From assembly GCA_002633005.1 (NCBI GenBank), contig NMRA01000064.1, positions 124,001 to 188,000 on the forward strand: a stretch of DNA of 64,000 bases, in the 5' to 3' direction. A program made the position numbers and the translations under genes. Position 1 is the first letter of the stretch, and each line of letters opens with the position of its first letter. This DNA comes from Phoronis australis (lineage: Eukaryota; Animalia; Phoronida). Of the stretch, positions 24,782-37,500 are shown piece after piece. Below the pieces are notes generated by a model. The model saw nothing but the letters and a program-made list of their open reading frames with translations, did no database searches and was not told the DNA's origin.

Positions 24782-24988
24782 GCTTGTACCTCTAGTATAC
24801 TGTGGCTTGTACCTCTAGTATACTGTGGCTTGTACCTGTAGGTGACTTTTACCTCTAGTATACTGTGGCTTCTATATCTAGTATACTGTGGCTTTTACCT
24901 CTAGTATACTGTGGCTTGTACCTCTAGTATACTGTGGCTTGTACCTCTAGGTGACTTTTACCTCTAGTATACTGTGGCTTCTATCTCT
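24782..24988. repeat. 23-bp minisatellite running into an assembly gap
   Basis: Unit gcttgtacctctagtatactgtg, followed directly by the N-run 24989-25361. Confidence 0.9.
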
Positions 24989-25729
24989 NNNNNNNNNNNN
25001 NNNNNNNNNNNNNNNNNNNNNNNNNNNNNNNNNNNNNNNNNNNNNNNNNNNNNNNNNNNNNNNNNNNNNNNNNNNNNNNNNNNNNNNNNNNNNNNNNNNN
25101 NNNNNNNNNNNNNNNNNNNNNNNNNNNNNNNNNNNNNNNNNNNNNNNNNNNNNNNNNNNNNNNNNNNNNNNNNNNNNNNNNNNNNNNNNNNNNNNNNNNN
25201 NNNNNNNNNNNNNNNNNNNNNNNNNNNNNNNNNNNNNNNNNNNNNNNNNNNNNNNNNNNNNNNNNNNNNNNNNNNNNNNNNNNNNNNNNNNNNNNNNNNN
25301 NNNNNNNNNNNNNNNNNNNNNNNNNNNNNNNNNNNNNNNNNNNNNNNNNNNNNNNNNNNNNNGAAGACACTCTGTATAACAAGTTATGTCTATACAAGGA
25401 ATGACCAAGGGGGCACTCACATTGAGAAAGTGACCGCATTCGCGAAAAGTGTACAGTACCAGAAATTGCGGGGAGGCTGTTCTTTCACAACAAAGTCTTG
25501 CGGGACTCGTGCGATGTTCAATAGGCCTCCTAAGGAGCCCTAGTGCCGACCTCAACACCTACCGTCTGTCTACCTGCAATAAGCACACTGCCGTCTTCTA
25601 TACTGGGAATTTCCGCAGAAAGGCTCACCCGATGAAACACTCATGCCCATGGGCATTTATTTGAAATTAGTACTTCGGGTTTCAAGCGTTCAGACATTGG
25701 GACGTTTATTTCGAAAATTGCAAGAGATG

Positions 25730-26040
25730 CAAATAGGTCCTGGGATGCTTCGTCAAGGTTTGAAGTAGTACATGATGAACGGATCAAATTTAGTTGCGCA
25801 TATAAGACTTTCGAATGGACTTGGCAACCTCAAGTGTCTTAGTGTCAACTGAGCTGCGAAACGAGATGCTGACATTGTAGAGGCTTACAAGCTCATTGAC
25901 ACAGCAGTTGACGAAGTGCAAGCGTCGGGAACAAACATCGAAGATATCTGGGTAGAATGGTTCCAAGACGAGTAAATCATTGGATCCGATATACAAATTC
26001 CTCGGCAGTCTAGACAACAGAAGGATAGGACTAACGTATG
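25730..26040 (+). pseudogene. Degenerate hAT-superfamily transposase fragment
   Basis: Reading through stops: LKCLSVN*AAKRDADIVEAYKLIDTAVDEVQ...NIEDIWVEWFQDE*IIGSDIQIPRQSRQQKDR, similar to the 'LS..LQ....DI..A...I........PR...RQ..R' region of THAP12/ZMYM1-like hAT transposases (recognised from memory). Confidence 0.55.
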
Positions 26041-26929
26041 AGTAACCACTGGGGATTAAAATTTTAGAGAGAAGTTTTCAATTCAAAACATTTTGCATAG
26101 TACACTTTAGGTCTCACGACGGACCAGCCCAGCTTGATTTGTGTAGATGTTGAGTTTCAGTGTACTTCTAGTCCCTCGGCGAACTAGTGTGCTTTGTAAA
26201 ACTATTTATCTCAGCCAGTACTGTTTGGTCCCGCTACAGGTCGACTATTTTTATAGGGATAATAAGCACGGGTGTACTCTTGGTCTCGTGACGGACCAGG
26301 TCAGCTTTTTGTGTACTCTCAGTGTACATCTGGTCCCTCTGCAAACTAGTCCAGTGTATCTTTTCACCACTGTGCACAGGATGTTTTGGTTTCGTGAAAC
26401 TGTTTTCAGATGATTTGTTTGCTGATAGATTTGACGTTTTTCAATTGTTGTCAACGTGAATCAGCTTAATAATGTGATACCTAATTATTTATTGTCGCTT
26501 TTAATAATAGACTGTGAGTTGAGAGCACCATCGTTCGCCAGTTTTTCTCGTAACGAGACTGAACACATGTTTATTTCCGGACGAACAGTACAGATCTTCG
26601 TTCTTAAACAACTTGAGGCTGCTGTTACGTGATCATCTGATATTCAAGTTTTTACGCCCCGTCGGTGCTCCTTAATTATGCTCTTGAATATTTTGAAATT
26701 GTCTAAACCCCTGTATACACACCACACTTTTTCGTATACGACTTTTCGTATGCTAAAAAAGATGTGTGTAAGCAGATGCTCTAACAAAAATTTTTGCTGG
26801 TGGCGTGACTCATACCCAAATGTGCACAATACGGTTTCACAAAACTTATATGTGCCAAGTTCATGTGACGAAATCTTGAAGGGTTTTTAATTATCTTAAG
26901 AAAAACTCCATGTTAAGTGCCAGAAACTT

Positions 26930-27097
26930 ACCAGGATGCATGGAAATTTCACTATTTGGTTACAAAAACAAAAAAAATATCTTACACGGGAGGGGAAACC
27001 CCCCTCCCGACCTCCCCCCGCTCGGCGCCACGCGCCTATGATTCCACCTTGGCGGGAATCCTAACCCCCCTTGCTGAAAACGTAGATCCGCCACTGC
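26930..27097 (-). repeat. Fragment of a GC-rich non-autonomous DNA-element end
   Basis: Minus strand begins cagtggcggatctacg, followed by G-rich blocks; no matching second end found. Confidence 0.35.
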
Positions 27098-28401
27098 GGC
27101 ATAGTCTTTTGAAGTCGTCTTATCCCCTGTGTTTTATACAATGTACATTTCTAGAATCATCCCAAGTCGCAAATACTTTTAAAAGAAGTAAACAATAATG
27201 TTTTGAAATATTACGAGGAAAGTTTACTCACATATCCCAATACTGATATTTTCTTTTGCCATACTATGAAAAGTATTTTATATAAAGAGGTATATACATC
27301 GCACGAAAATGATAAGCTAATATCGAGGAAGTTGCATCACCTCCGAAAAGTATCGCTACTCTGGAATAAAACCTCGGGCTATTTAAAAAAGGCAATAATG
27401 ACAGTTTAGAAAATCACCCTCATCTTGGTCTGAAGACCTACTCAAGGCAGAAGTAATTTAAAGGCTAGAGAAAAACTGGGTCAGGATCATTGCTTATCAC
27501 GGCGGGTTTGTTTGAGCAGCTGACGTTAGCCTGTGGTCATTAGGATAATTCCAGGTGATTTATTGTCATTTCAGTTCAGACAAAGGGTACGACAAAATTG
27601 CTTAAAAAAGCAAATACGGCTGTGAACAAAGTTGATTTTGATAGCAGAGAATGGTTTATATAGGTTCTTGCAGTTAACGAATAACCGAGCCTGTGGCCGG
27701 AATAAATCAAATATTCACATCTCAGTACTAAATTATAGATTGAATTTAATTAAAGTTCCAGCTATCCCTGTTAAACCTGTGAAAACTTACCTCGAATTAG
27801 GCCTTTTACTCTCATAAAATGGGTCTAGTAATATTTTTTACTCTCATAGGAGTCCACTTTACCATAGCAAAAAGAGCCTCGAAACGCTCCCAACTTTACT
27901 GAGGTAGGTTGACCAACCTACATTCGAAAATGTCGCAAGTACGCCGCATTGCCCTGGACTTGAGATGGTAAGGAATATTGTAAGGCCGCCGGATTTCATG
28001 AGACATATTTCGATTCCCGTTTCTTGAGCTAAACAGATTTTAAAACTATCCGAGAGTATACTTTTTCTGAAAGTACGAGGCCTTCATAATTTCATTTTTG
28101 ACAAATTTACCTTACTCAGGGTTATTGGTAATTCATTATTATTAATAGAAAGTATTTTTGGAAAGGACAAAACAAGAATTTCTATACACTTTGAAAAGTA
28201 TCGAAAACCGAAATATGTGAAAATGCAGCGCCACGTTTTCGAGTCTCATCATGTTGAATTTATTACCCATTCAGAGAAATAGTAATTGAAACCTCACTAA
28301 TATCTTGATCCGGTGCAGTGTACATTTAAATTAACTTTTCGAAGCTATACGAAGAGGCTGAATGAACTTCTATTTGTTAGAAATAATGTGGTATTAACGT
28401 T

Positions 28402-28436
28402 TTACGTCACAAAAGGTTGAAACGGTGACGTCACCG
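28402..28436. promoter_or_regulatory. CRE-type sites upstream of the gene starting at 28534
   Basis: Perfect 14-bp palindrome cggTGACGTCAccg (28423-28436) and TTACGTCA at ~28402, about 100-130 bp before the ATG. Confidence 0.45.
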
Positions 28437-28533
28437 CAGCTACTCCATAACGTTGGTTAATTTTTTCATTTAATCCAAAACAGATCTTTTCAGTCGAAGC
28501 CGAAAACTTGTATTTGTATTTGAATTTAAAACG

Positions 28534-31500
28534 ATGCCGTCGATAATGCTGACACAGGCTCGCAAGAGCGAACGACGCGGAGAGCAGCACGGTGCAGCTC
28601 AACTTTTAGATTTTCACAAGTGTATTACTGAAATTGAACACAGAATGGCCACTGAGGCCATCAGGAAACAGACAAAGTATGCACATTTAGAACCATTCTT
28701 TTCTACAAATTCCTTCGTCAAACTGTACGAAAAACAACACAATATTGAGCATGATAAACCTCCAGACGAGCACGTCTCTGTCCCGAATGTAAGGACGTCA
28801 GGTCTCCGATGTGCAAGAGATAACCCGTGGAGTAAGGTTTCGTTTGACGAACCCGACGAGGCGATGGTTTTTGAGACATATAAAGATGTTGAGTCTGAGG
28901 TATGGTGCGAGAACACACCCGGTGCATACCCTGCAAGAAAGATGCACTTGAGTACAGGTAAAGATGTTCAGCTCGACTCCACAATAGATATCATTATTCT
29001 GCATTGTTTGAAGCGGTATACGTGCTATGTCTTTTCAACTGCTTTTAGAAACAAACAGTTGTCGTCACATTAATTCGGTGGATTGAAAACATTTGCCGAT
29101 TTTTCTGACCTTTATGTCATTATCGCGTAAACAAAAACTGTTTGGTTTGGTGGCACTGTAAACAAACAAAATAAAATTATCACAAACAACTCTTTATGTG
29201 GACAAAAAGTTTCTCCTTCTTTGGAGTTGATATTCAAGTTCATGTGCAAGTTAAAGATTACGTAGCAAAGCTTACAGGACCAAGACTCCTGTCACGACGA
29301 AACCTAGCGTTTTTGGAAAGTTACTGTGATAAAATCTCCATCTGTGTCGAAAATTATTCATCTAATGCTGTCCCTGGCGAGGCGACGATAAATTTTAAAT
29401 GATCTCATTGGCATTTTTTCAACTGGCAAGGGTGAAATAACTAGATTAAGCCCTACACGTGATGTTTTTCACTATAGAATTACCAGAGAGGTATAAAAAT
29501 AATCGAAGAAATTAAACCAGTTCAACAGAACTATGGTACTTACCAAAAATCCAGAGGAATGGTTGAATGGTTAGAATAACGGACTTCCCTACTAATGTGC
29601 TCTCGCGAGATCTGTAGCAGCGTGCCAAGCAGTAGACAGAGCAAACATGCCACCTCCGTGTCTGTTTAGAGCACAGCGGAACTAGCGCCACCTGTACCGC
29701 TATTATAATCATTCAACTATTCCTCAAGAAGGGAGAAGGAGGCTCCCCAGGGCTTCAGGATTTTTTGTAAGTGCCATAGTCCAGTTGAACAGATTTAACT
29801 TACTTGGTTATGAACTTTCCTGGACGATTTTTAACCAAAGAAGTCTTAAAGACTTTTAGTCTTATCAAAAGGTACGAAAATGATCAAATGCTATCTAAAT
29901 GCATTTGTAAAATTCTACATATCCAGGAATTCAAGGTTTCTCTAAATTTGGTGGTATTTTTAAAACGGAAACTACCAAACCTTAATGATCAACTTTTGGA
30001 AGGACTTACTTGAGAACCTCGTCTTTTTATTTCTTAAATGAATAAAACATATCTAATAGAGTTTCATAAAGAAACATTATCAGTTTTATGTCAAGTCATG
30101 GTCTGCCGTAAAATAATTTTAGCAATACTGTTTACAATGTTTAGATAATTTCTGGAACTATGTATACTCGAACGAGTGGGTTGATGTCAAGGTTCTTCGT
30201 GTGACCGAGGGGGGCTTGCTGGATTTAATACTTCACTACCTCAACCTTCTCAGCCACTCACGTGACCTTATCATGTGCCGACTCAGCGGATATCAGACAC
30301 ACTTACCAATCAAGCCTACTCAAGACGAACAAACGTTCCAATCGGAGGTATGGAACTTCTAATGGCCCCTTCGTTCAGTGTGTACAATGCTGGCCGCACT
30401 TTTATAGTATTTATATACTCATCAATTGACTCAAATTTCGTGCAGACATTTTTGTTTGTGATCTAATCTGAGATAACATGTCTGCTGAAGAGTTTTCTCC
30501 AAAACTTGTATTTTTGAACGTATCCCGTTCTGTAAATGTGCCGTTCTTCCAATTTGCTCAATTGCTGGAAAATGCATTCAACATTTAACTGATCTGACTT
30601 TAAGATGACGTGAATTTTTTTCTTGCAATTGTTTCACAAATTTATTTTGAAAGCATGAAACTGTACATTTTCCGTTTGAGGGTTGTGAGTAGGTTGAGAG
30701 ATTAGCCACTTACGTTGCGGCTACGCGATAAGAAGCTTTTTGCGTCATACTTAGCCCGTCTTCTGACAATATCTTCTGTTCTTATGATTCTTGAATATTG
30801 AATCACATCTGTCATGTGAAATGCTATCTGAAAGGGCGACAATTGTTAGGAAACTTATCCAAAATGAGGTAACTGACGATCACAGGCACTTGTCAAATTT
30901 CATTTTCAACTTGCTTATTATATCTCCATCAGAGTCATCTCATCCTTCTCTTTATCATCGCCTTTCTTATCAACATTGTCATCGACATCATTATCATCAC
31001 TATCACCGACGTCATCGCTGATGACGTCATTATTATTAGCATGGCTATTTTCATCATCATCAAGAGTCGTCCCGTCACGCTGTTGTCGTAACCTCCCCGT
31101 TACATTCGCAACTACGCTGCTGCCCACAAAAATGAAAAATTATCAAAAATAGGCATGACTATGCACACCTCGCTTTTTATGTTCGCGATAGTCTTCACAT
31201 ACATTCTTCTTTGTAGAGAATGAATGTCCGAAAAGAAGCGTATAGTAAAGAAACTCTTAAGATATCGGCAATATATTTCTCAAGGCCCAAACCTGGTGGA
31301 ACATTTGCCGAGTATTATAACAACCTTAAACAAGGCACGCTAGCGTCGGAAAGACTGTCACTTTTTAGCAAAGAAGAAAACGGGAGCAGGACTGCTAGCC
31401 GCGGAGGATCTTCACGAAGAAGCGAAATACCTATAAACGAGAGCCCTTCGTTTGAATTGTCGAAACCTAAACAAAGAAATAATACCATACCATCGATGAA

Positions 31501-34500
31501 ATTCACCAAGGCTAGTAACGCACAGATACCATACGAAAGCAGAAAGCTTGAAAAATATTTACAAAAGAAGACAGCTGGTAGTGTTCTAGAGTCTCATAAG
31601 AAATGTTCAAGAGAACAAAAATGCTCTAAAGAATCAAAAAAATCTATTAGTTCTTATTTACCAGAGGCTGGAAATGTGGTTACTCAAAGAAAGGATATCA
31701 AGTCTTCGTTATCTCATATGTCGTCTATTAGTAAACCTTGTCCCAGCATTTCATCCACAAAACTGGGAAATAGCAATTCAAAACAGTCAGTAAAGTCTGG
31801 CCACACTCATCAAACTCGAAGGATCTCGATCGTAGAACATGGCGACGTCCGCCATTTGGAAGACATGCACGTGCACAGTGATGAAAATGTGAACCTGAAA
31901 CAACAGAAGAGTCTTGAATTTGTTAATGTCAAACTGCCAACCCAACAACCAGCTGAAAGGTGTACAACAAACTTGTCTAGCAAAGGGTCTACGGAGACGA
32001 GGAAAGAGATAGGAGTCTCTCGAAAATTAGACATCATCTCCAGAAAATCATCATTTTCCAGCAAGTACGTAAAAGGGGATCAATCATTCACGAACCTGCG
32101 ATCACGTCGCGGATTTAGGATGTCGTAAGGGGGGCGGGGGGACCACAATTTTCGAACCAAAGATGTCTGCGTGAACCTAAGAAACAGGCATGCCAGTTTC
32201 ACAATGAATGGATTTTGGAACCACGGAAAACTATCAATATAGAAAAAGCTGTGCTGGGGGTTAGAAACTCATAGACAAATCTCTATTTCGTGTCTGTGAC
32301 GTGTACGATCCCTTTAGATAATTTGTTTTCCACTCAGAGTGCTATCGTGCCATTAGGTTGGTTATTTTGACAATGCAGAAGCAACGGGCACATACCCTTC
32401 GGTATTGCTAACAACTGGATAATGACATATACCTGGATCACAATTCAATTCATAACAGATACCAGTAATGCACGAGAAGTCACCTGTGAACACATTTCGC
32501 TGAATCGTATAAGACTATCGTATACGACAATCAGAATACATGGACTATGGTTCGATTGTTGTATATAAAATCGTACTGTAGTAGTCGTAGGCGGGGCTCC
32601 ATTCTGGTTGCTGTTGCAGTTTGGGTATTTTTCTGGAAAATGGTAGCCATTCATTTATGTGACAAACTAAACTCTAGTGCCATCTCCGTTCACTAGATGG
32701 CCAATTGAGAGCAATGTCCTCATATCCCCAGGGGCAGTCCATATTGACCGTTTTATCGTTCCTCTTTTTATCGTGCCTAGGATGATAAATTGTGTAAACC
32801 ATGCATGATTGCACTGAGGCAACATCTGAATTGGCGAAACGTACTGGCCTGTCTTCCGTCACAGAGCTAACATTTGATGTGATTCACTTGTTACAAAACG
32901 GTTATTGAATTCTATCTCTATTAATCTCTTTTGAAATACTTCACAATCGAAGTCGAGGAATTGATCATAGTCTGATTGAGAGGTCATTTCTTGGCTAATG
33001 AATGACCAGCAATTCGTTTGTATGCGCTGAATATGGTCCCAAGCAAAAATAACCTGTCGTCACTTCATTCCAAGCCTAGAAGTCCCTTCTCATCTTTAAG
33101 AAGGAGCAAATCTAGGAAATCAGCTTTTCAAGTGGTAAAGATCTCAATCAGAAGTGTGCTCAGTGGACGACAAATTCATTGTACTTTGAATACTAAAAGC
33201 TTTCTGTAAACTATATCTAATAGGTATCATTTGGTTCACAAGTCTGATTTGGAAGAACTGTTGAAGGATTCTGTTAAGAAGAGGGATAGTTCAAACAATA
33301 GACCACAACAGAATACAGACGTAGATAAGAAGGCACATTCGAACGATGAACTGCCATGCAGCATGATCATGACTGATGTTCGACTCGTCAACCATTACCG
33401 AGATGATGATGGTGAGGAGTGGTTAGAATTAGTCACTCAAATGTTTACAGACATGATATTACTTGCAGTTAAAAACTGAGACCCTGATTTATACACGAAC
33501 TTTTTACTTGATCAGTTCCGGTGTACATGTATCTTAAGTCACGTCAGACATGGAATCTACTAGCAAATATCAGCTATATGCGGTCGTCTGCTGACGTAAC
33601 ACCTTACTATCATATCTCACAGTTACTATAATTTTAAAAACAATTATTATCCTGAATCCTGTAGCCATTTTTGAGATGCGATTTCCGAAGTAAGACATAT
33701 TTTGTTCCAAGACCAACATGCCAAGAATTGTACGATGATTGAACGCAAGCATTTTTAAGTTTATTTGGAATAACAAAGTTGAGAGAGCGAAGAGAGATGT
33801 ATTCAAACTTATGAGGAATGATGATTTAAAACGTTGAATATAATTCTTTTTAATAAGGCTATAAAAATTTCACGGATAAAAAGACTACTTACCTCTGAAT
33901 CAAAATGGGTGAAATTGTTTGAACTTGAAACAGGGATTGCAAAGTCAAACATAAATTTTGGAAATGATTTTATTAAATATCATACTGAAGCAATCAATCC
34001 TTTTTGGAACGAAGTTCTAAGTAACTGGTCTTTTTTCATAAGTACACAGTCGCATAAAGATGCAAATGATTTACTCTCAACAAGTTTATGGCATAATGAT
34101 GAAATACTAATAGACAGAAAATCTATCTTCTTTAGTAAGTATGCAAGTGGTGGTGTTCTTTTTATTAATGACCTACTTTATGAAAATAACTGGTTTTACT
34201 CATTTACTGAATTTAAAAAGATCTCGAATATATCTACACACTTTTTGGTATATTGTTCTCTGATTGAGTCTATAAGGTCGTTTCTGAGGAGAACACCATT
34301 ACAAATGTAGTTAACTAAGATATATGGACCTATAATATCATTTAATATCAGTAATTTTTTAAACTGCACGTCAATATGTAAAATGATATATGAAATTGTT
34401 TGCCAGAACAAAATTTTGCCTATTGCCCAAAAAAGATTTCAAGAAGAAGGCTATAACTTTCGAAGTGATGACTGGAAAAATTATATTCATTGTCTTTTAA

Positions 34501-37500
34501 AACTACTTATGATTTCAAGTTATGTACACTGCAGTTAAGACTATTACATAGAATACTTGTAACGAACTCTTTTCTTAAAAAACTAACTTGGTGGACTCTG
34601 ATGTATGTACTTTCTGCCATTCACAAAGTGAAACAGTGGATCACATCCCTTTTGAATGCAATAATATAAAAATATTGATAGGAGAATTACGCAGTTGGGT
34701 GTTGTTGGTAAAAGGTATAAATATGGTTATTGACAAAAACAATGATTTTTGGCATGCACATAAGTAATGAAAATAAAGTTTTAAATTGGATACTTTTGCA
34801 ATTACGTATCTAGGTGTAAAAAGTAATCCCCAGTTTCCTTAAGATATTAGAAAGAGAATTTTATATTCAAAGAAGAATTTTATTAAATAACGGTAATTTA
34901 GATGAATACCATGCAACCTGGAGAAACTGGCTAATCATAACTTTTGCCTGACAACATCCTACTAAACGTGGGTGGGTATGTTGAGGGAAGGGGCGGGTGC
35001 GTGTGTGTGTGCATGTGTGTTAAGAGTGAGAATAGCTTGTTTTTTGTCCTATATGTCTTTGTATTTATGTTCTGTATACCAATAAAAAATAGAATAAAAT
35101 AAAGGAAGAATTGTACGATGACACTTGGCTTAACTAAAAATCCAACTCTGCCTGGTGGCTTGGTAATTGACCCAATTATGTCGCCTCGCTGGTTCCCTGC
35201 GTGTCGCTAGGTGGTCGGTAGCCAGCACGCGTGCTGGCTAAGCATGTAGGGAACCAGCAAGTTATGTTGCACACCCAGCAGAATTAATGAGGAACATATT
35301 ATTGCAACATTAAACACACATCTTACGTTGTAAAACTCACATTCCTTGTACATTTCTCAAAATTCACAAACCTAATCACGTGTGCTTTCACGAACTATTC
35401 AAATATGCTATTTACGAACTTTCAAAACGAAAGTTTAAAAATACTATTGTAATCTAGCTATAATGTGTTTATGGTGGTCTCCTTTTCTAGGAAACGATAA
35501 CATCAGCAGCCAGAGGCGATGTAATGTACCAAAACAGCATGGTCATGGTGTCTTTGATCTGAACCGGCCAATTATGTGGCGCGCAATCCGGTCGAGTTGC
35601 CCAATCTCGACCGGTTAGGATGTCAACGTAGGATTATGAACATGTCGGTGTCATAAGCTCAAAAGTCATCATAACCGAATATAGTTTAACACAATGCTAT
35701 TCTTATAGAGCACAAAAACGACATTTATAGCGAAACTAAGTCGGAACTTACAAAGTGCAGCAGAAGTGAAGGGGGAACGAAAATACACAGTGTGAACTGC
35801 CCGTCATGTGACCTCCACTACCTTCTTCAAGATGAGCAGACGATAGAACGAGATCCATTATATGATTGGCTAAGACAAGGCTGCATGCCACAAGGGTTAG
35901 TAGTTAGACCAGAGACTGTAGAGAGGGTGTTAACGTCTTTGGTTAGACTAAATCACAATGATACGTATTCATGTTCCAGAGTACTGTGTCATTCTACTGA
36001 AAATGACGTAGCTCATTTTACTGTATATGACGTAGCCTGCTCTATTATTCAACACCAGTTTAGCACGCAACATGAATTTCGTTTACAAACAAACTTATAC
36101 TTCCTTGTTATCGGTACCATATATTGCTCTGTGCAACTCTCAAAAACAATATTGAAAATTTAAAATTATTTGTAACACTTCCCATTCAACCTTTTATCAT
36201 TAATTTTTGACAGTAAATGAGTGACAACACAGATAAAACGTTAATTTTGCTCCGCTTTGTCCACGATAAGATTTGACACAATTTATATATATAATTATGA
36301 TAAACATTACTTTATTTTTAAAATGGGGTGACTGAGGCTACACAGTCTTAGTGTCTGGGTTCAAGTAAAGTACTGAAATAAACACAAGAAATAAGTGCCA
36401 AGACATCAACCCAAACCAAGTATCAACTCTGAACAGTGTTAATCTGAGTCATATAAATTAGAATAATAGACATTTTGAAGCCACGCCTTGGGTGTTATCT
36501 GTGTTGCATACACTTCGGATGTACGAATAAAAGGTTTTTTGCTATTTTCGATTTGTTTCGCCTACTACTTGTGAGGGAGTCGGTACCCGGGCAATAAGAC
36601 TTGAGTAAGACTGGAGGGAGAAGAAGATCTGGGAAAGAAGGACAGCAGGCCTTTAGCCAAGTGGACAATAGTCGCATTTTGGGAGCGAGTTTGATCTTAG
36701 TCATCCATTAGAATAAACTGGCTCTCAAAATGCTGGTCTCCTATATGTCACTACTACCGCGAAGTGCCGAAAGTAAAATATGAACTCTTATTAATGTAAT
36801 TGTGATGCCGGTGTTCGAATATTATGTAGGGTGCCAGTAACGTCTCTATACTAACGAGGATCATTTGCAGGTACGCTTGTGACGAAAGAAAAGGAAGTTG
36901 GGTGAAACTAGTACAGCCCCAACCTCCTCCGAGGGGTAAAAAGGATTGGAGATTAAAGACACCAAGGAGTCCATCACAAGCGCTGGAATATCGGTTGAAA
37001 AAACAAGAGAAAATGATGGAAAGCAAAAGAATTTTTCTTTTAAACAATCCCAAATTGTGGTACGTTAAGTACTGGAGAAATGAATTAGTCCGACTGGATC
37101 GCAAGAGCGCGGTATGTATTACATGCAAAACGACAGTTATATGCATCAACGCGGCCTACATATGGAACTGCTCCAATACCCGAAATTAGGCGCATTCGCC
37201 CATGTGAGAAATACTTGAGTAAAACTGACTAGTATTATCTCTTAAATTATGTAACTATACGGCCTTTTTCCCATTAACGCAATTCTTTTCTTCCGAAAAT
37301 CATAATTTGGTGTTGACTTTCTCTACCGTTAGAGGGCGCATTACTCGTGAACTTGATACTATTCACCATATTCACGAGCTTGAAATGAGTCCCATGTCAA
37401 ACGTTAAAATAAGAGGTATTTAAAAATTAATTTTTCCTATAATACCACGAAAACGAGATGTCTGAGAATTGTGATCGGGCCTTTTGACGGTATGAATGAA

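Noticed and set aside
24947-25558. Long ORFs containing X runs (also 38531-39097)
   Set aside because: They span assembly N-gaps.
24017-28534. Joining the 22935 gene to the 28534 gene as one transcript
   Set aside because: Candidate acceptors just upstream of 28534 are out of frame or hit a stop, and a plausible terminal exon exists at 24559-24639.
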